From contig NC_068987.1 in assembly GCF_001194135.2 (NCBI RefSeq), positions 27,312,575 through 27,376,574 on the forward strand: a stretch of 64,000 nt of DNA. The letters are read 5' to 3'. Made by a program: the position numbers and the translations under genes. Below, in pieces: positions 27,814 to 41,488 of the stretch. Below the pieces are notes generated by a model, which did no database searches, was not told the DNA's origin, and saw nothing but the letters and a program-made list of their open reading frames with translations. How positions within the stretch are numbered: the stretch's first letter is position 1; the number at the start of each line of letters is the position of its first letter. Origin of the DNA: Octopus bimaculoides (taxonomy: Eukaryota).

Positions 27814-30763
27814 ATTTGGGTATGTAGAATGTTAAATTCCTACAAGCTGTAACATAACGTACATGGACACTGACATATTCATGCGCTTACAATATATATA
27901 ATCATATTAACGGTTTTCATTCATAATAAATAAGTGCAAGAAATTATTTGAGCATTTTGACGTTACTTTAGAAATCGTAAAAAAATTTCTACATTTGTAA
28001 TTCATACCTATCTTTTATATTCTCTATTATAACTAAAAATCAAAAATTTTCCTCGGCTTTTCAATATGAAAGCAGGTTGCATGTTACAGAACATACATAC
28101 TTGTTATTTTGTAATACCAATATGTTGTCCCACACATTTATTTTGGTGCTTTGCTGGGGTTCATTTAGCTAGGTATTCTATCTAAAAGCTTGAAATCTAT
28201 GATAGCGTGCGTTTTCTATATTTTGACTAATTAGATCCCATTTGAAAGAAAAGCATGCTGTATTTTGAAATTTATTTTGTCTCTTTTCAGCTAAAAACTA
28301 TGTGTTATGTGCAGCAATAGTAAATGTAATATGAACCCAGAAAGAAATTAATTTTAATAGTAACTTAGATATTCTCGATGTAGATAAAATAGAGTTATTG
28401 ATTGGACACGAGAAATATTACCAAAACTGATCTGAGTTATTACCGATCTTTTATAAGCAAGTAGCTGATAATAAATCATAGAAAATCTTGCTGAAAGACT
28501 GAACAGTGAATTTGAACTAAAACTTATTTTCCGAGGACGAAGAAAGAGATGTGCTTTTGTAAAGCATGCCATATTTACTACTAAATGATAACATGTCAAA
28601 GATTAACATTTCAAAAGAATTGGATCGTATTCCTGATTATATCTGTGTAATTGATATACTATTTAGTAGTCTTCCTTAACATATATATATGTATATATAT
28701 ATATGCTTAGTTTATGCAAATCAGTGTCAAATGTGCTATCACATTTTCGAATAATTTTCTGCATAAGCTATTTTAAAACATTATACGTTGACTTCTGTTG
28801 CAGAAGTATGCAACACAAAGGTATGCACTATTCGAGATTAAACCTCGTAATACAAAAACTTACGCACCGCTTTGCACATTAGAGCATATGACCATGCACA
28901 CATACACACATATATTTCTGTGCATACAACGAAGCACACTTTTCTGTATAAGGTAAGAGAGAATACGTTCGAAACTGATGATTATCTCTGTCGCTCCTCC
29001 GAGTCTCTCGATGAGAGTGGCATAATTATGTGGATAAAATACTACACATAATTATGTGGTTAAAATACTTCAAAAGAATATATCTACGTATACATGGTTA
29101 TAAAGACACCTACAATCATATAGAAACCGGCACATACACATAAATACATACATACACACGGATGCACACAGAAAAATTATGTTGGCCGTACATTATATTC
29201 CATGAACTGAACTATTTAATGTAACGAGCCGACAATTTTCACAAGCCATGATGTAAAAAGTGTGCGCATATAAGAATAGTCAATATCTGTTCTTGAAAAA
29301 ACAAAACGTATTTTGAATAGTTTAATGTGTATTTAGAGAATTGTCGGGAAAATATAATGACGATTTCCGACTACGATGAGATAGATAGTTTGTAGTTATT
29401 TATTTGAAACTCAAGCAAACACACCTAAATGGGACTCTAGTTTTCATAAAATTTCAAGGGAGCATTAACATGTTAAGTATTTCCAATTATATAGTATAGT
29501 TCACGTTTTATCTAATTAATCAATAAATTAATTCATGAACTACGTTGCCACCGAATGTACTGTTATGCAAATTAGAGTCAGCATACCAGCTGAGCCCTCG
29601 TTTTTATTTTATAAGAATATTTAAAAACAATGAACTTCTGCAAACACGGTGAATAACGTAAACGCCTACTTCATAATAAAATGATTTAGTTAGAATAATC
29701 ACACTGTTTATTTCAACGAACAAATATAAAAAATTGGCTCTATTAGGTTTACAATACATATTTGGGAGCTATCAATTAATATCGTAGGTACTGCTAAGTG
29801 GCAAAGAAGTGCATTTTGAAACTATCTTCTTTCGGATTCAACCCTATCATTTGACTTCTACTACAGCTCAGGTGCATCTAAGCACCTAATATCTCCAGAC
29901 TGAATTTCATGTATAGAAATGTCGGGGAAGCTTGTGATATATATATATATATANNNNNNNNNNNNNNNNNNNNNNNNNNNNNNNNNNNNNNNNNNNNNNN
30001 NNNNNNNNNNNNNNNNNNNNNNNNNNNNNNNNNNNNNNNNNNNNNNNNNNNNNNNNNNNNNNNNNNNNNNNNNNNNNNNNNNNNNNNNNNNNNNNNNNNN
30101 NNNNNNNNNNNNNNNNNNNNNNNNNNNNNNNNNNNNNNNNNNNNNNNNNNNNNNNNNNNNNNNNNNNNNNNNNNNNNNNNNNNNNNNNNNNNNNNNNNNN
30201 NNNNNNNNNNNNNNNNNNNNNNNNNNNNNNNNNNNNNNNNNNNNNNNNNNNNNNNNNNNNNNNNNNNNNNNATATATAAATATTATAATATTAGGGAATG
30301 TAAAATTCCAAACATACAGGAAAAATCTATAAGAATCTAAAATAAAAGTATACAATCCATAAAATCTATAAAATACTAGACTAAAAATTTAATACAGTTT
30401 AGTAAATTGATAAAATAGAAGGTAAAGTGTTGACTACGCGCGTTTCGTGGCTACATTATTGCAAAAAAAAACTCAGCACAATACACAATAAATTGAACAA
30501 GATTATATTCTACTCAAAATACAGTCACTCATCAAGTCTTTGGAAAAAATAAGAATTCAAATAACGTAACTTACTAAATAAATAACAAAAATATCAGTAC
30601 TTGTAGGAAAGCTCTCGTTAGTACAAAATGAAATGTAAACGCTTAATACTAATAATTCAAGTTAAAGGTATGATTCATCTAAAATGATATTTGTGGACTA
30701 ATAGTAAACATCTTTATGAACAGAAATATATATATAAAAAGTGTTAGTAAATAAATTCGAACG

Positions 30764-31102
30764 TTAAACAATATTAGTAAAATAAACGGCATCACTTATC
30801 GACGATAAGAGATCGTCAATAAGATAAGTGATCCTTGGATTTCTCATAAGCCCCACTACCCCTAATTCCGAACTTATACCTACCTTGCTTGGCGTATAAT
30901 TGACTGACATTTCAACACACCCAACTTTAAAAGAAATTGGTTCGTTGAAGGGTAAAACTGATTTGCAGCTGAGTAGGCTGAAGTAACGTAAGAGTGGCGT
31001 ATTTTGCTCAAGAGCAACATGCACCACCTGATCAGGGAATCGTAACCGCTGTATTACAAACTGTTCAGCAACGTAACCACTAGGCGAAGGATCTGCATCT
31101 TG
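30764..31102 (-). CDS. Candidate terminal coding exon, product unknown
   Basis: About 110 stop-free codons (AQDADPSPSGYVAEQFVIQRLRFPDQVVHVALEQ...LIDDLLSSISDAVYFTNIV*). Visibly GC-richer than the flanks and non-repetitive. Possible acceptors CCCAAG| and ATGCAG| near 31095-31101. Confidence 0.45.
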   Translation of the reverse strand, partial: QDADPSPSGYVAEQFVIQRLRFPDQVVHVALEQNTPLLRYFSLLSCKSVLPFNEPISFKVGCVEMSVNYTPSKVGISSELGVVGLMRNPRITYLIDDLLSSISDAVYFTNIV

Positions 31103-31942
31103 GGCATAAATTATTCAAAGAAATTTCAAAACAACACACTATTGATATACCTATTTACTATACACACTAAATGTGAGTAGAGCAAGTAGGTATAATTGGA
31201 TCAGCAAAATAATTTTGGAACAACTAAGAAGAACGAGATTTTCACATATGTGTTTGATAAATGTGTATATCTGTGTCCTTTACCTCATCTTCGTTAAAAC
31301 TGCGATGGATGATGCATTAGAAAACTACGTATATAAGCATTAAGGAGATACTTATATAGCTAACACTTATGTAAAAGCAAAAGTGAAATGTTAAGTAATT
31401 ATTCAGGTGTTACTAATAGATAATCATTGTGTAATTATTTCCTCCAGTCAAATAAGACTCATTATGAATACAATTTATATATACGAATACTGCAACGTTT
31501 ATCCCAGAGCTAGGATATAATCATCACAGTCATTACATACGTCTACTCTTAAACACATGTTCAAATACGAATACACATATCTCCACACACACAAATATAG
31601 TTATATAAAGTCGAAGAGATAGATTACATATCCATACACACAAGCACACACACACACACACATAAGTGGGTTGGTATGTGAGGTGTTCTTTCACCTATAA
31701 ATCTTAAATAAGCTTATGAAACAGCTCACATAACCTTGAATATATTATTAAAAAATCTTTCATTTAGTACATAGGATTGGAAAATGATTGCAGTCAGACA
31801 CCTTATACCCATCCTCAAATATATGTGCGTGTGTATGTAAGTCGTAGTGTGTGTGTGTGTGTGTGTATGTATGTGTGTGTGTGTGTGTGTGTGTGTGCAT
31901 GCATGCGTACAATATTTATATATTGCGGAGATGTACTTGCAT

Positions 31943-32126
31943 AGCAAGTGACCTGATCTGAGATCGTGTTCTGGAACGAAAACAATTGCGGCGTGGAAGG
32001 TGTTTATAAGCCATTTAAAATAACACGCAAAAACCGTTAGATTCACTTCAATATTTAAATATAATTTGTCATGAAGTGAATCTAACAGTTTTTGTGTGTT
32101 ATTTTAAATGACTTATAAACACCTTC
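31943..32126. mobile_element. Foldback element running into a gap
   Basis: 55-bp arms 31996-32050 and 32072-32126 (GAAGGTGTTTATAAG...GATTCACTTCA / TGAAGTGAATC...CTTATAAACACCTTC) with a 21-nt loop. The right arm is cut by the N run. Confidence 0.8.
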
Positions 32127-32662
32127 NNNNNNNNNNNNNNNNNNNNNNNNNNNNNNNNNNNNNNNNNNNNNNNNNNNNNNNNNNNNNNNNNNNNNNNNNN
32201 NNNNNNNNNNNNNNNNNNNNNNNNNNNNNNNNNNNNNNNNNNNNNNNNNNNNNNNNNNNNNNNNNNNNNNNNNNNNNNNNNNNNNNNNNNNNNNNNNNNN
32301 NNNNNNNNNATATAATATTCTACTTGTTTCAGTCGTTAGACTGCGGGCGTAATTGTCAAACTTTGGGGACACGATATCAAATCTAATAATTTTTAAAATG
32401 AAATTATTGAAAGTGCCGCTTTATTATAGAGAAATAAATTTTATTCAGTCTCATTGTGAAATAGAAAATAAGAAATTATATATGCCTTGCACGTGCTCGT
32501 AGTGTAGTTAAAGCATAAAGAGTATACAACACAGAGGCGTTTATATTTATGTACGTGCATGCACACACACACATATACACGCGCACAAACACACATTCAC
32601 GCACATTAACCCCAAGACAGATGATGCGTATATTACTATTTAAAGAATATATTTTGTTTCAG

Positions 32663-32802
32663 TTCCATTTTAGCCTATTTTACCAATCGGTTTTGTACAC
32701 AAGTAATTTTGAAAAACCCAATTCTGGCGTTCATCCGAGGGCCTGGTATAAAAACGTATGGTCGCATATCTCTCTTTCTGGAGGCGCAGGACGTACGAGA
32801 AG
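32663..32802 (+). CDS. Candidate internal exon, product unknown
   Basis: Acceptor ATTTTGTTTCAG| and donor AAG|GTAAAT bound 140 nt. Two frames are open (FHFSLFYQ...GGAGRTR and SILAYFTN...EAQDVRE). Confidence 0.3.
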
Positions 32803-33510
32803 GTAAATAATAGACCGTTGGGTGCTCAGAATGAAATTTCATCTCCACTTATATGCTTTGAGCAAGTTTCTCAGTGTCATTACGACGTAAGGGGAGATTG
32901 CATTCAGAGTAGGGTTCGGGTTTGAGTTCGGGCGGTATGATGCTGGTTTGTGTGCAAGTAAGTGGGCAAAAAATGGGAATAGGATTGATGTCCAAACTTA
33001 AAATCACCCGTGCATATGTACATGTATGTTTATATGCAATAATTTGTTTTTGGCAAACTTTGTACTGAAATCTCAGAATATGGTACTGGAAAGTATTGAT
33101 AATGGAGGTTTTAACATTTATAATCATGGTGCAGTTCACTATTTTCATTCATGTTGGCAGAAGCAGAAAATTTTCCGATTCGGAGACGGAGACTCTGCAG
33201 AAACCCCTCGGATTGATTATACCAGTAACTAAAAAGCCTTCACTCATGAAAGGGAGCCACACAAATTCTACTTAAGGATTAGATGAAGCGTACAACTGCC
33301 TGTGGAATACTCAGTCACTTCATCGTTCATTCCATCAAATAGATGTTATAGCTAATCGAGCAACTTTCCGTTCAGTCTTCCCATTTAAGCTACCTGTGGT
33401 GAATTTGATTGATACTAGAACCAAAATATGATACGAAATTGAAGTACCAGTTGCTCTTGGATTAATGCCTAATACACACGTATATATATAAGTACATAAC
33501 ACACATAATA

Positions 33511-33612
33511 TACATAATATAAGTACATACATAATACACATAATATAATTACATACATAATACACATAATATAATTACATACATAATACACATAATATAA
33601 TTACATACATAA
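33511..33612. repeat. 26-bp minisatellite
   Basis: TACACATAATATAATTACATACATAA occurs three times exactly (33535-33612), with a degenerate unit upstream. Confidence 0.9.
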
Positions 33613-34799
33613 CCAAACTTACACGTACACATAGTATATGTCTGTATGTATGTAAGTATGTTTGTATATAAAGATTGCAATGATAATATTTGACACCGCT
33701 TGTTTGTATTTAAAAGCATTTAATCGTCTGTGCACATAATAAAAATAAAATGAGGTATAAATATGACTGATGTTTTGTAGAAAGGCCAAGTTTGGAAAAG
33801 CTAGAATACCAAAATAACGTTAGAACAAAGGAAAGAAAGAAGTAATTCAATGATAAATGTTTTAAAATATAATGGAATTGGCGAGCAAATTTTTCTCTAA
33901 ATGGATGCATCAATGAGTCAGTATTGGAAGAAGCTTCTATGTAAAGAAAGTAAGAATTCACCAAATAAACAAACGCATATCTCTATAATGATAAATGCTT
34001 TCGGAATTGAGAATAAAATTTTGATAAACATTATATCACGAAGAAAACAAATGATCTCAGTAATTATTGTAATATTTAAGATGAATGGATATGAAATAAG
34101 AGTTGATAATTTCATATAATATATTAAAATATAAATTCTAATCATTGGGGCAATAGTGAAATTATTAGATGCAATGGAACAGGAGCTTGAGACAGAAATA
34201 TTAGGCATCAACTATATAATACAATTCCGATGGAATGCTGCGATTGAGGATTTCGTTTATTGATACTGAGTTGATAAGCATCCGTAAAATGCATCGCACT
34301 CCTCATGCTACGCTGTTAATATATATTTGCATGGATAAGTATCTACATAATGGAATGAATTATACTCAAGAGAATAGTGTAAATAATACGACGCAGATTA
34401 ATTACCTAAATATCCTTAGAAAACCTCATAACAGGCAATACTATACCACTTGATATGTAGTAAAAACTAGCATTTTTAACATTCAGGTAGAACATTGGCG
34501 TCGTTCACTGCCACAAGATTTCGAGGATCAGCAATACACATTCAAAGAAACTGAATTCTCTTTTACATAAATCTTTGGCTATAATTCTCAACCTTCGTCT
34601 GTGATTCAAATTTGATATACATAGCTGTATCGTTAAAAAGCTTGTTTCGCAAATACAAGTAACCGGTTCGCTCTCACTGCGTGGTATTATATGGCTACTG
34701 CAATCTACTATGGTTCCGAGATGACTAACATCCTGATGAAACTATTTTGTTTCTGAAACTAATTTTTGTGGCAGCCAATCGTATACATGAGTATGGAAG

Positions 34800-34811
34800 T
34801 GAGAGAGAGCG

Positions 34812-34872
<61 letters not shown>

Positions 34873-34905
34873 AAGAGAGAGAAAGAGAAAGATAGAGAGA
34901 GAGGT
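34800..34905. repeat. (GA)n microsatellite
   Basis: GA array that produces the ER-repeat ORFs. Confidence 0.95.
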
Positions 34906-37496
34906 GAAAGATATAATATTGGGGTGAAAAGTTACACATGTGCATTTAAAGCGATACCCCATCACATATTTTCCAGAATAAATAAAGAAAATACAAAATA
35001 TTCAAATAACAAATGTCATCCGGATGTTATCTGCCCAAAACGGGAAAATCAATTCAATGCAATTTCCCAGAAATCTAGGAATTTCTTTCGCAGAAAACAT
35101 AGAATTTCTTTAACCAAATATAGTTGACTATGATTGATGCACGCTAATATTTTCAGTAATATCTACTTCAGATAGGTTTCTACAGCCCCTCATGAGCAGT
35201 TTATATCATTGGTTGACCATTTATTTCTGTACTGCTTCCATAATACTGAAAGTGAACACACCGAATTTGTATTAACAACTAAGATTTTTATATATCCATG
35301 TGACTCTCTTTCCCTCTTTTCTCTCTCTCTCTTTATCTCGTGCCTTCATTCTTCCCCCCTTTTCCTTCTCTCACCTTCGCACTTCTATTCTAGCCTTTCT
35401 CCTTACTCCTTTTTTCTCTCTCTTTTGTATTCTTAGTCTTTCTCCTTTGTCTTCATATCTTTCCTTCTTTCTCTTTTGCTCTCTCTCCCTCCCTCTCTCT
35501 TGCTGTCTTTCTCCTCTGCCTGCTGCTGTTACGTGACCTGTGGCTAGTTCCCCTTTTCCTTCCTTTCTTACACTGGTCCCGTAGCTGACTAGTCGCAAAT
35601 TCTCTGTCTCTCCGTCCCCTATCTCTCAAGACATTTTCTAAGCCTTTTTCTTTAAAATAACTTTTGTGTACAAACTAATAGAAATAGTGTTCTATTTTCT
35701 TGCAAGTCTACCAATTTCCTGGAGGCTCCTAGATTGTACGTTAGAATGCTGAAGTAATTCTTTCGACATGTCTGCTGCTGAAGATGAGGTGTATGATCAT
35801 AAAAAGGGAAAGATTATGATGAGATGAACAAAGCATATTTAACTTCAAACATGTTGCATTTTCCTTGTTTTACATGTTCCACTCGACGGGGTACAAAACA
35901 GAGACCCCGCCCTAAAATAATTTGTCAGTCATATCCACCAGGTAATAATTTCAGCCTGCCATTCATCGATTTCTGTTTATCAAGAGGCTCCTTTGTCTTT
36001 TGACATACAGAGATACACTCGTCACACACAAACACACACATACACACACACATATATATCCATGTGTGTCTACGTATATATGTATATATATATATATATA
36101 TATATNNNNNNNNNNNNNNNNNNNNNNNNNNNNNNNNNNNNNNNNNNNNNNNNNNNNNNNNNNNNNNNNNNNNNNNNNNNNNNNNNNNNNNNNNNNNNNN
36201 NNNNNNNNNNNNNNNNNNNNNNNNNNNNNNNNNNNNNNNNNNNNNNNNNNNNNNNNNNNNNNNNNNNNNNNNNNNNNNNNNNNNNNNNNNNNNNNNNNNN
36301 NNNNNNNNNNNNNNNNNNNNNNNNNNNNNNNNNNNNNNNNNNNNNNNNNNNNNNNNNNNNNNNNNNNNNNNNNNNNNNNNNNNNNNNNNNNNNNNNNNNN
36401 NNNNNNNNNNNNNNNNNNNNNNNNNNNNNNNNNNNNNNNNNNNNNNNNNNNNNNNNNNNNNNNNNNNNNNNNNNNNNNNNNNNNNNNNNNNNNNNNNNNN
36501 NNNNNNNNNNNNNNNNNNNNNNNNNNNNNNNNNNNNNNNNNNNNNNNNNNNNNNNNNNNNNNNNNNNNNNNNNNNNNNNNNNNNNNNNNNNNNNNNNNNN
36601 NNNNNNNNNNNNNNNNNNNNNNNNNNNNNNNNNNNNNNNNNNNNNNNNNNNNNNNNNNNNNNNNNNNNNNNNNNNNNNNNNNNNNNNNNNNNNNNNNNNN
36701 NNNNNNNNNNNNNNNNNNNNNNNNNNNNNNNNNNNNNNNNNNTATATATATATAGTAGATAGAAATACAAGAATGTATGTAGTTTAATTTTAGTTCAAGT
36801 GACCGAGATTTATAATCCATAAAAGTGAACATCGATTCGTGAAATATTCGGTGTTTTATGCTCATGTGAATTAAATAAACGGATAAAACTGAACTCAAAT
36901 ATAGCACAGAAGGAAAATTTAGTACTTGTTACTCACAGGATATGATGTTTTAGTGGTTATTCACAAAGCTAGACAGTGCTAAAGTAAAATCAGTTAATAG
37001 TTTAGCCATGCAATGTATAAAGCACATTTGAAAGCGAATTATCGATAACGAGTAACTGAGTTATAACATGGCAAACTCTAGCTTCTGAAATAAATATACA
37101 CATTGAACTTGAGTACATTTCCCCCACTTGTAAATGCAAACGTTCTTCATACTTGTTCAGTAAATTGCCTTGACTGCTCACGGACGTGGATAGAAACAAT
37201 AAAAATACAACCACAACGACACTGAAATTGTAAAAGTCTTTATACAGCATATTCCTATGTCATCTAAGAAGAGTTTACTAATCGTCTTGCTGAATAGACC
37301 AAAGATATATCCTAAAGAATGACATAGTGGACATATTTATTTTATAAGTGGAATATATGAATAGACAAAGGCAAACAAATACAGCTTCCGTTCGCTGCAA
37401 TTGCCTCCCGCTGAAGAAAGCAATGGTGCTCTTTACAACACGAAGAATTTGCTGAAATGTTACAATTTACAAATGTTTTTTTTAACATACCTGAAA

Positions 37497-37609
<113 letters not shown>

Positions 37610-38249
37610 CACACGTGCCATCCTTGCTACATTCACCCATCTTTTTTTGAAGCATTCNNNNNNNNNNNNNNNNNNNNNNNNNNNNNNNNNNNNNNNNNNN
37701 NNNNNNNNNNNNNNNNNNNNNNNNNNNNNNNNNNNNNNNNNNNNNNNNNNNNNNNNNNNNNNNNNNNNNNNNNNNNNNNNNNNNNNNNNNNNNNNNNNNN
37801 NNNNNNNNNNNNNNNNNNNNNNNNNNNNNNNNNNNNNNNNNNNNNNNNNNNNNNNNNNNNNNNNNNNNNNNNNNNNNNNNNNNNNNNNNNNNNNNNNNNN
37901 NNNNNNNNNNNNNNNNNNNNNNNNNNNNNNNNNNNNNNNNNNNNNNNNNNNNNNNNNNNNNNNNNNNNNNNNNNNNNNNNNNNNNNNNNNNNNNNNNNNN
38001 NNNNNNNNNNNNNNNNNNNNNNNNNNNNNNNNNNNNNNNNNNNNNATACACGATCCCTATTGATCGGCCTTTCCTTTTTTTTTTTTTTCGATCCCTTTTG
38101 ATCGAACTCCCCCTTTTTCCCTTCCTACGATCCCTTTTGATCGACACCACCACTTTTTTTTTCCTTCCTTCCCCCTCCCAAAAAGAAAAGCTCTACATGT
38201 TCCACTCGACGGGGTACAAAACAGCCCTGTGTGGCTAATAAAAGAAATG

Positions 38250-38299
<50 letters not shown>

Positions 38300-39847
38300 A
38301 ACATGTATTTATATATATGTATACACACATTTATGTGTATATAAGTATATGTATATGTGTATATGCATATACATATATGCATATACATAGACACATAGAC
38401 ACACACACATACGCATATATGCGTATTATTCATATATTATTCATATAATTATTCATAATTATACTGCTAGTATCATTTCTACATCGACGTTATGGATGAA
38501 TGAGGTTATAAATTTGAAGACAAGTGAAATATTTGGTTTAAATTACCACCAGCACAAGTAGGAAGCCCCAGAAAACACGTTTTCCATTAAAATTTTAAAT
38601 GTAAAAATGGTGAGTGAATCCTTTGTATTTAGTATGGAGTACTGGATTTCAAATGAGTCTTAATGTTTGAAAATGATCTGTCCTCGTTATTACAGTCTTG
38701 TGTGATCAACAGCCTATTGTTCTATGGATTTTAATGAAATAAGAGCTTGACCTGGATCTAACCAGCCAGACAATGTGATAAATTGGTAAATACGTCATCA
38801 TACCTTTGATATATTTACACCATTCTACCATTTGAAATTATACCTACTACACACTAGAATTGTTATTTCATCTTATTTGAACAACCAATTATCGTAAGGA
38901 ACATTTCACACTGGGCTACTTTAGAAAAATAAAACCAAAAAAAAAAAAAAAATTGAAGAACCTTTCGCCGTTAATATGAAGTGCAATCCAATTTATGTGT
39001 GTAATTAAAATACGAAACTGTTCGTATTATATATATAATACATTTCAAAATAATGTCGAATGTTTCCTTAGATGCTTCATCATGAGCAATAATCGGCTTA
39101 ATTATTCTTGACAGCAAGAGTAAGAATGCCGAAGAATATAGATCTCGAGAAGACTTGCAATGACTGAAGATACATACAAACACACACATACACAAACACA
39201 CGCACTCTCTCATGCACACATATAAACCATTACGAATAACATTTATTTAGTATTTCTTTGATACCTCTTACACGTGTTTCATAAAAAGTAATTGGTTTGT
39301 AAGGAAATAACTTATAAACAGATTACAAATTCAAAACACCAGTGATTGCGTAACACACGTAAATAAGTATTAAATATATAATGGAGCTGGGACACATGGT
39401 ATCAACAAAGGAACATAAGAACTGCGTTATATTACTTAAATAGCGAAATGTAGGGACATTTTCCTTGCCATAGTACATAAGCGAAAACGTACATTTTGTA
39501 CCCATTAAGCTTGTGTTAAAGGGCAGACACAACATTTTATGTGATATATCAGAGCTCGTAGTTAAAAAAAAAATACTGCTGCATCAATATCTTGTTACGT
39601 GGTACCCATTTGCATCCTGTTCTTTTCGTTGCCTTCAGGCTTCATCCTGTTTAAAAAGTAACCCATGCAACTTTATTCATGTTATTATAATTTTTACTAG
39701 TTCTAATAGACTTAGAATTAATTTCGTTCGAATGCGGGCGGTTACTAATATATTCGCATGAAGGAAAGTAGTGCTATCGTTATTTTCCTTATTTCTGCTT
39801 TTGGTAACATGGTGTTTAGTAATATTCTGGTCCAAGGTTTAATCCTT

Positions 39848-39985
39848 TCCGGCGCCATCCAGCCGGTTTCGTAAGCCGCGGCCGGGCCCCCTCGCAATCG
39901 TCGGCCCTCTAACAGTGCGGCCTCAGCCGAGCAACGAGCAACGAGCAAGTAGAAGCGGCGGCGTCATCAGCGGTGAAGATATATG
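39848..39985. promoter_or_regulatory. Isolated GC/CpG-rich island (candidate promoter/5' exon, or TE end)
   Basis: Dense CpG (CCGGCGCC, GCCGCGGCCGGGCCCC, GCGGCGGCGTCA) in a very AT-rich background. GAGCAAC-type repeat occurs three times at 39929-39949. Confidence 0.35.
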
Positions 39986-41446
39986 AGCATTTATCCTTCT
40001 TCTGCCTTCCTCTTTATTAGTCTTATAATTGTTGGACGATGTTGATGATTAGCATTCTTGGAAATGAATTTAGATTCACTCTTAGGTAAAACGGAAAGTT
40101 TTTAGCAGCACTTTTATCTCTATTGGTTAGTGAAATTACACAAAATGTTCCTTATTTCTTATATATTTCATTCACATTCTCATTACTAATTATATTTGCA
40201 GTGGTCGTCTTCATATTTCTTGGTTAGTCTATGCAGTAGAAATTATTATATTGCTTTTTCTGTAGCTTATGAAATTTAGTTTCACTATCGGATGTAAGTT
40301 TGGCATTTTTCAATCAGCTACATTTTCAATATTAATTTGTTTGATGGCACAATGGATTGTACGCAGAGCATTGGCATTATATTTCATGTTTGCATGAAAC
40401 TTTGTGTGTTTAGCTGGGTATTAGTTCTCAGTTATTTAGCATATTAATCTGAACGCTTTTTTGTTACAATAAACAATATAATTGCATATTGGTATGTGTA
40501 TGCATGTTCACTCTTGTGTGTGCGCGTGTGTGTGTATATATTTATATTTGTGTATTTATGTAACTACACCTAATACAGACGGACGTAGGTGTGAGTGCAT
40601 CAATGCATGTATTTAAATACATATTTATATACGTATACATACATAGATGCATACATGCATGCATACATATATATATACATACATACACAATTACATAGAG
40701 TGATACATAGATAGATAGATAAACGTATATATGATGTATATTTGTATATGTAAATACTGGTGTATATATATATATATATATAACTATTGGTATGTGTATA
40801 TGATAATGCTTGAAGTATACTTCAGTACTTCCATACGTATGTGCTCCTATGTATACGAATATGCTAGTTTCCTTGAAAATGAAAGGTAACTATCCATTAT
40901 CTGTCAGACAGAAGTAATACGATCTAGGAAAGATTTATAACATATTCTGATATCATATATGTCCTGTTTCAAACTTGTAACAGTTTCATGGGGACAAAAT
41001 TATTCATTTCGCTCTTTGCTGTGATAAAGAAAATTTGTTGGAATTTAAGCAAACTATATGACCATTCTTAACACTGTTTTCCGTTTCTGAACCGGAACTT
41101 TGATAATTTAATTATGCAAAAGTGCTTTTTAGTTACCTTATATGACATATAATTTTAAATGAAATACATGTAAGAGCTATTAAATAAGTGTAGAATTTAT
41201 CTGTACACTTGCTTTTACATTTGTACTGTGTGTTTGAAATGCTAGAATATAACTACAGGGAAAAATAAGAATATTAACATATTTGATTCTCATAAATAGA
41301 CCTTTTGAAAACGATGAAAAGTTGCTTGTATGTCGTGGCCAATACCTCAAATCTCACAAAAACATTATATTTACATAGGAAACATGTATACATTTGTGTC
41401 TGTAAACATACACATAAACGTGTGTGTATGTGCGTGTACATAAATA

Positions 41447-41488
<42 letters not shown>

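Noticed and set aside
14090-28335. Several short acceptor/donor or acceptor/stop candidates (~14090-14152, 15303-15358, 18581, 23335, 28291)
   Set aside because: Splice-like motifs are frequent in AT-rich DNA, and the frames are short with no recognisable homology or consistent phase chain.
21848-34765. Other hammerhead-like strings: CTGAAAA..GAAAAT (~21865-21900) and CTGATGAA..GAAAC (34733-34760)
   Set aside because: Stems I and II cannot be formed convincingly, or the core is mutated.
38051-38143. CRISPR-like repeat-spacer pattern
   Set aside because: Eukaryotic context, 16-bp repeats, only three units, low-complexity spacers and no cas genes.
39745-39948. 67-aa minus ORF across the GC island
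   Set aside because: Stop-poor frames are expected in GC-rich sequence, the start is non-ATG, and no homology is recognised.
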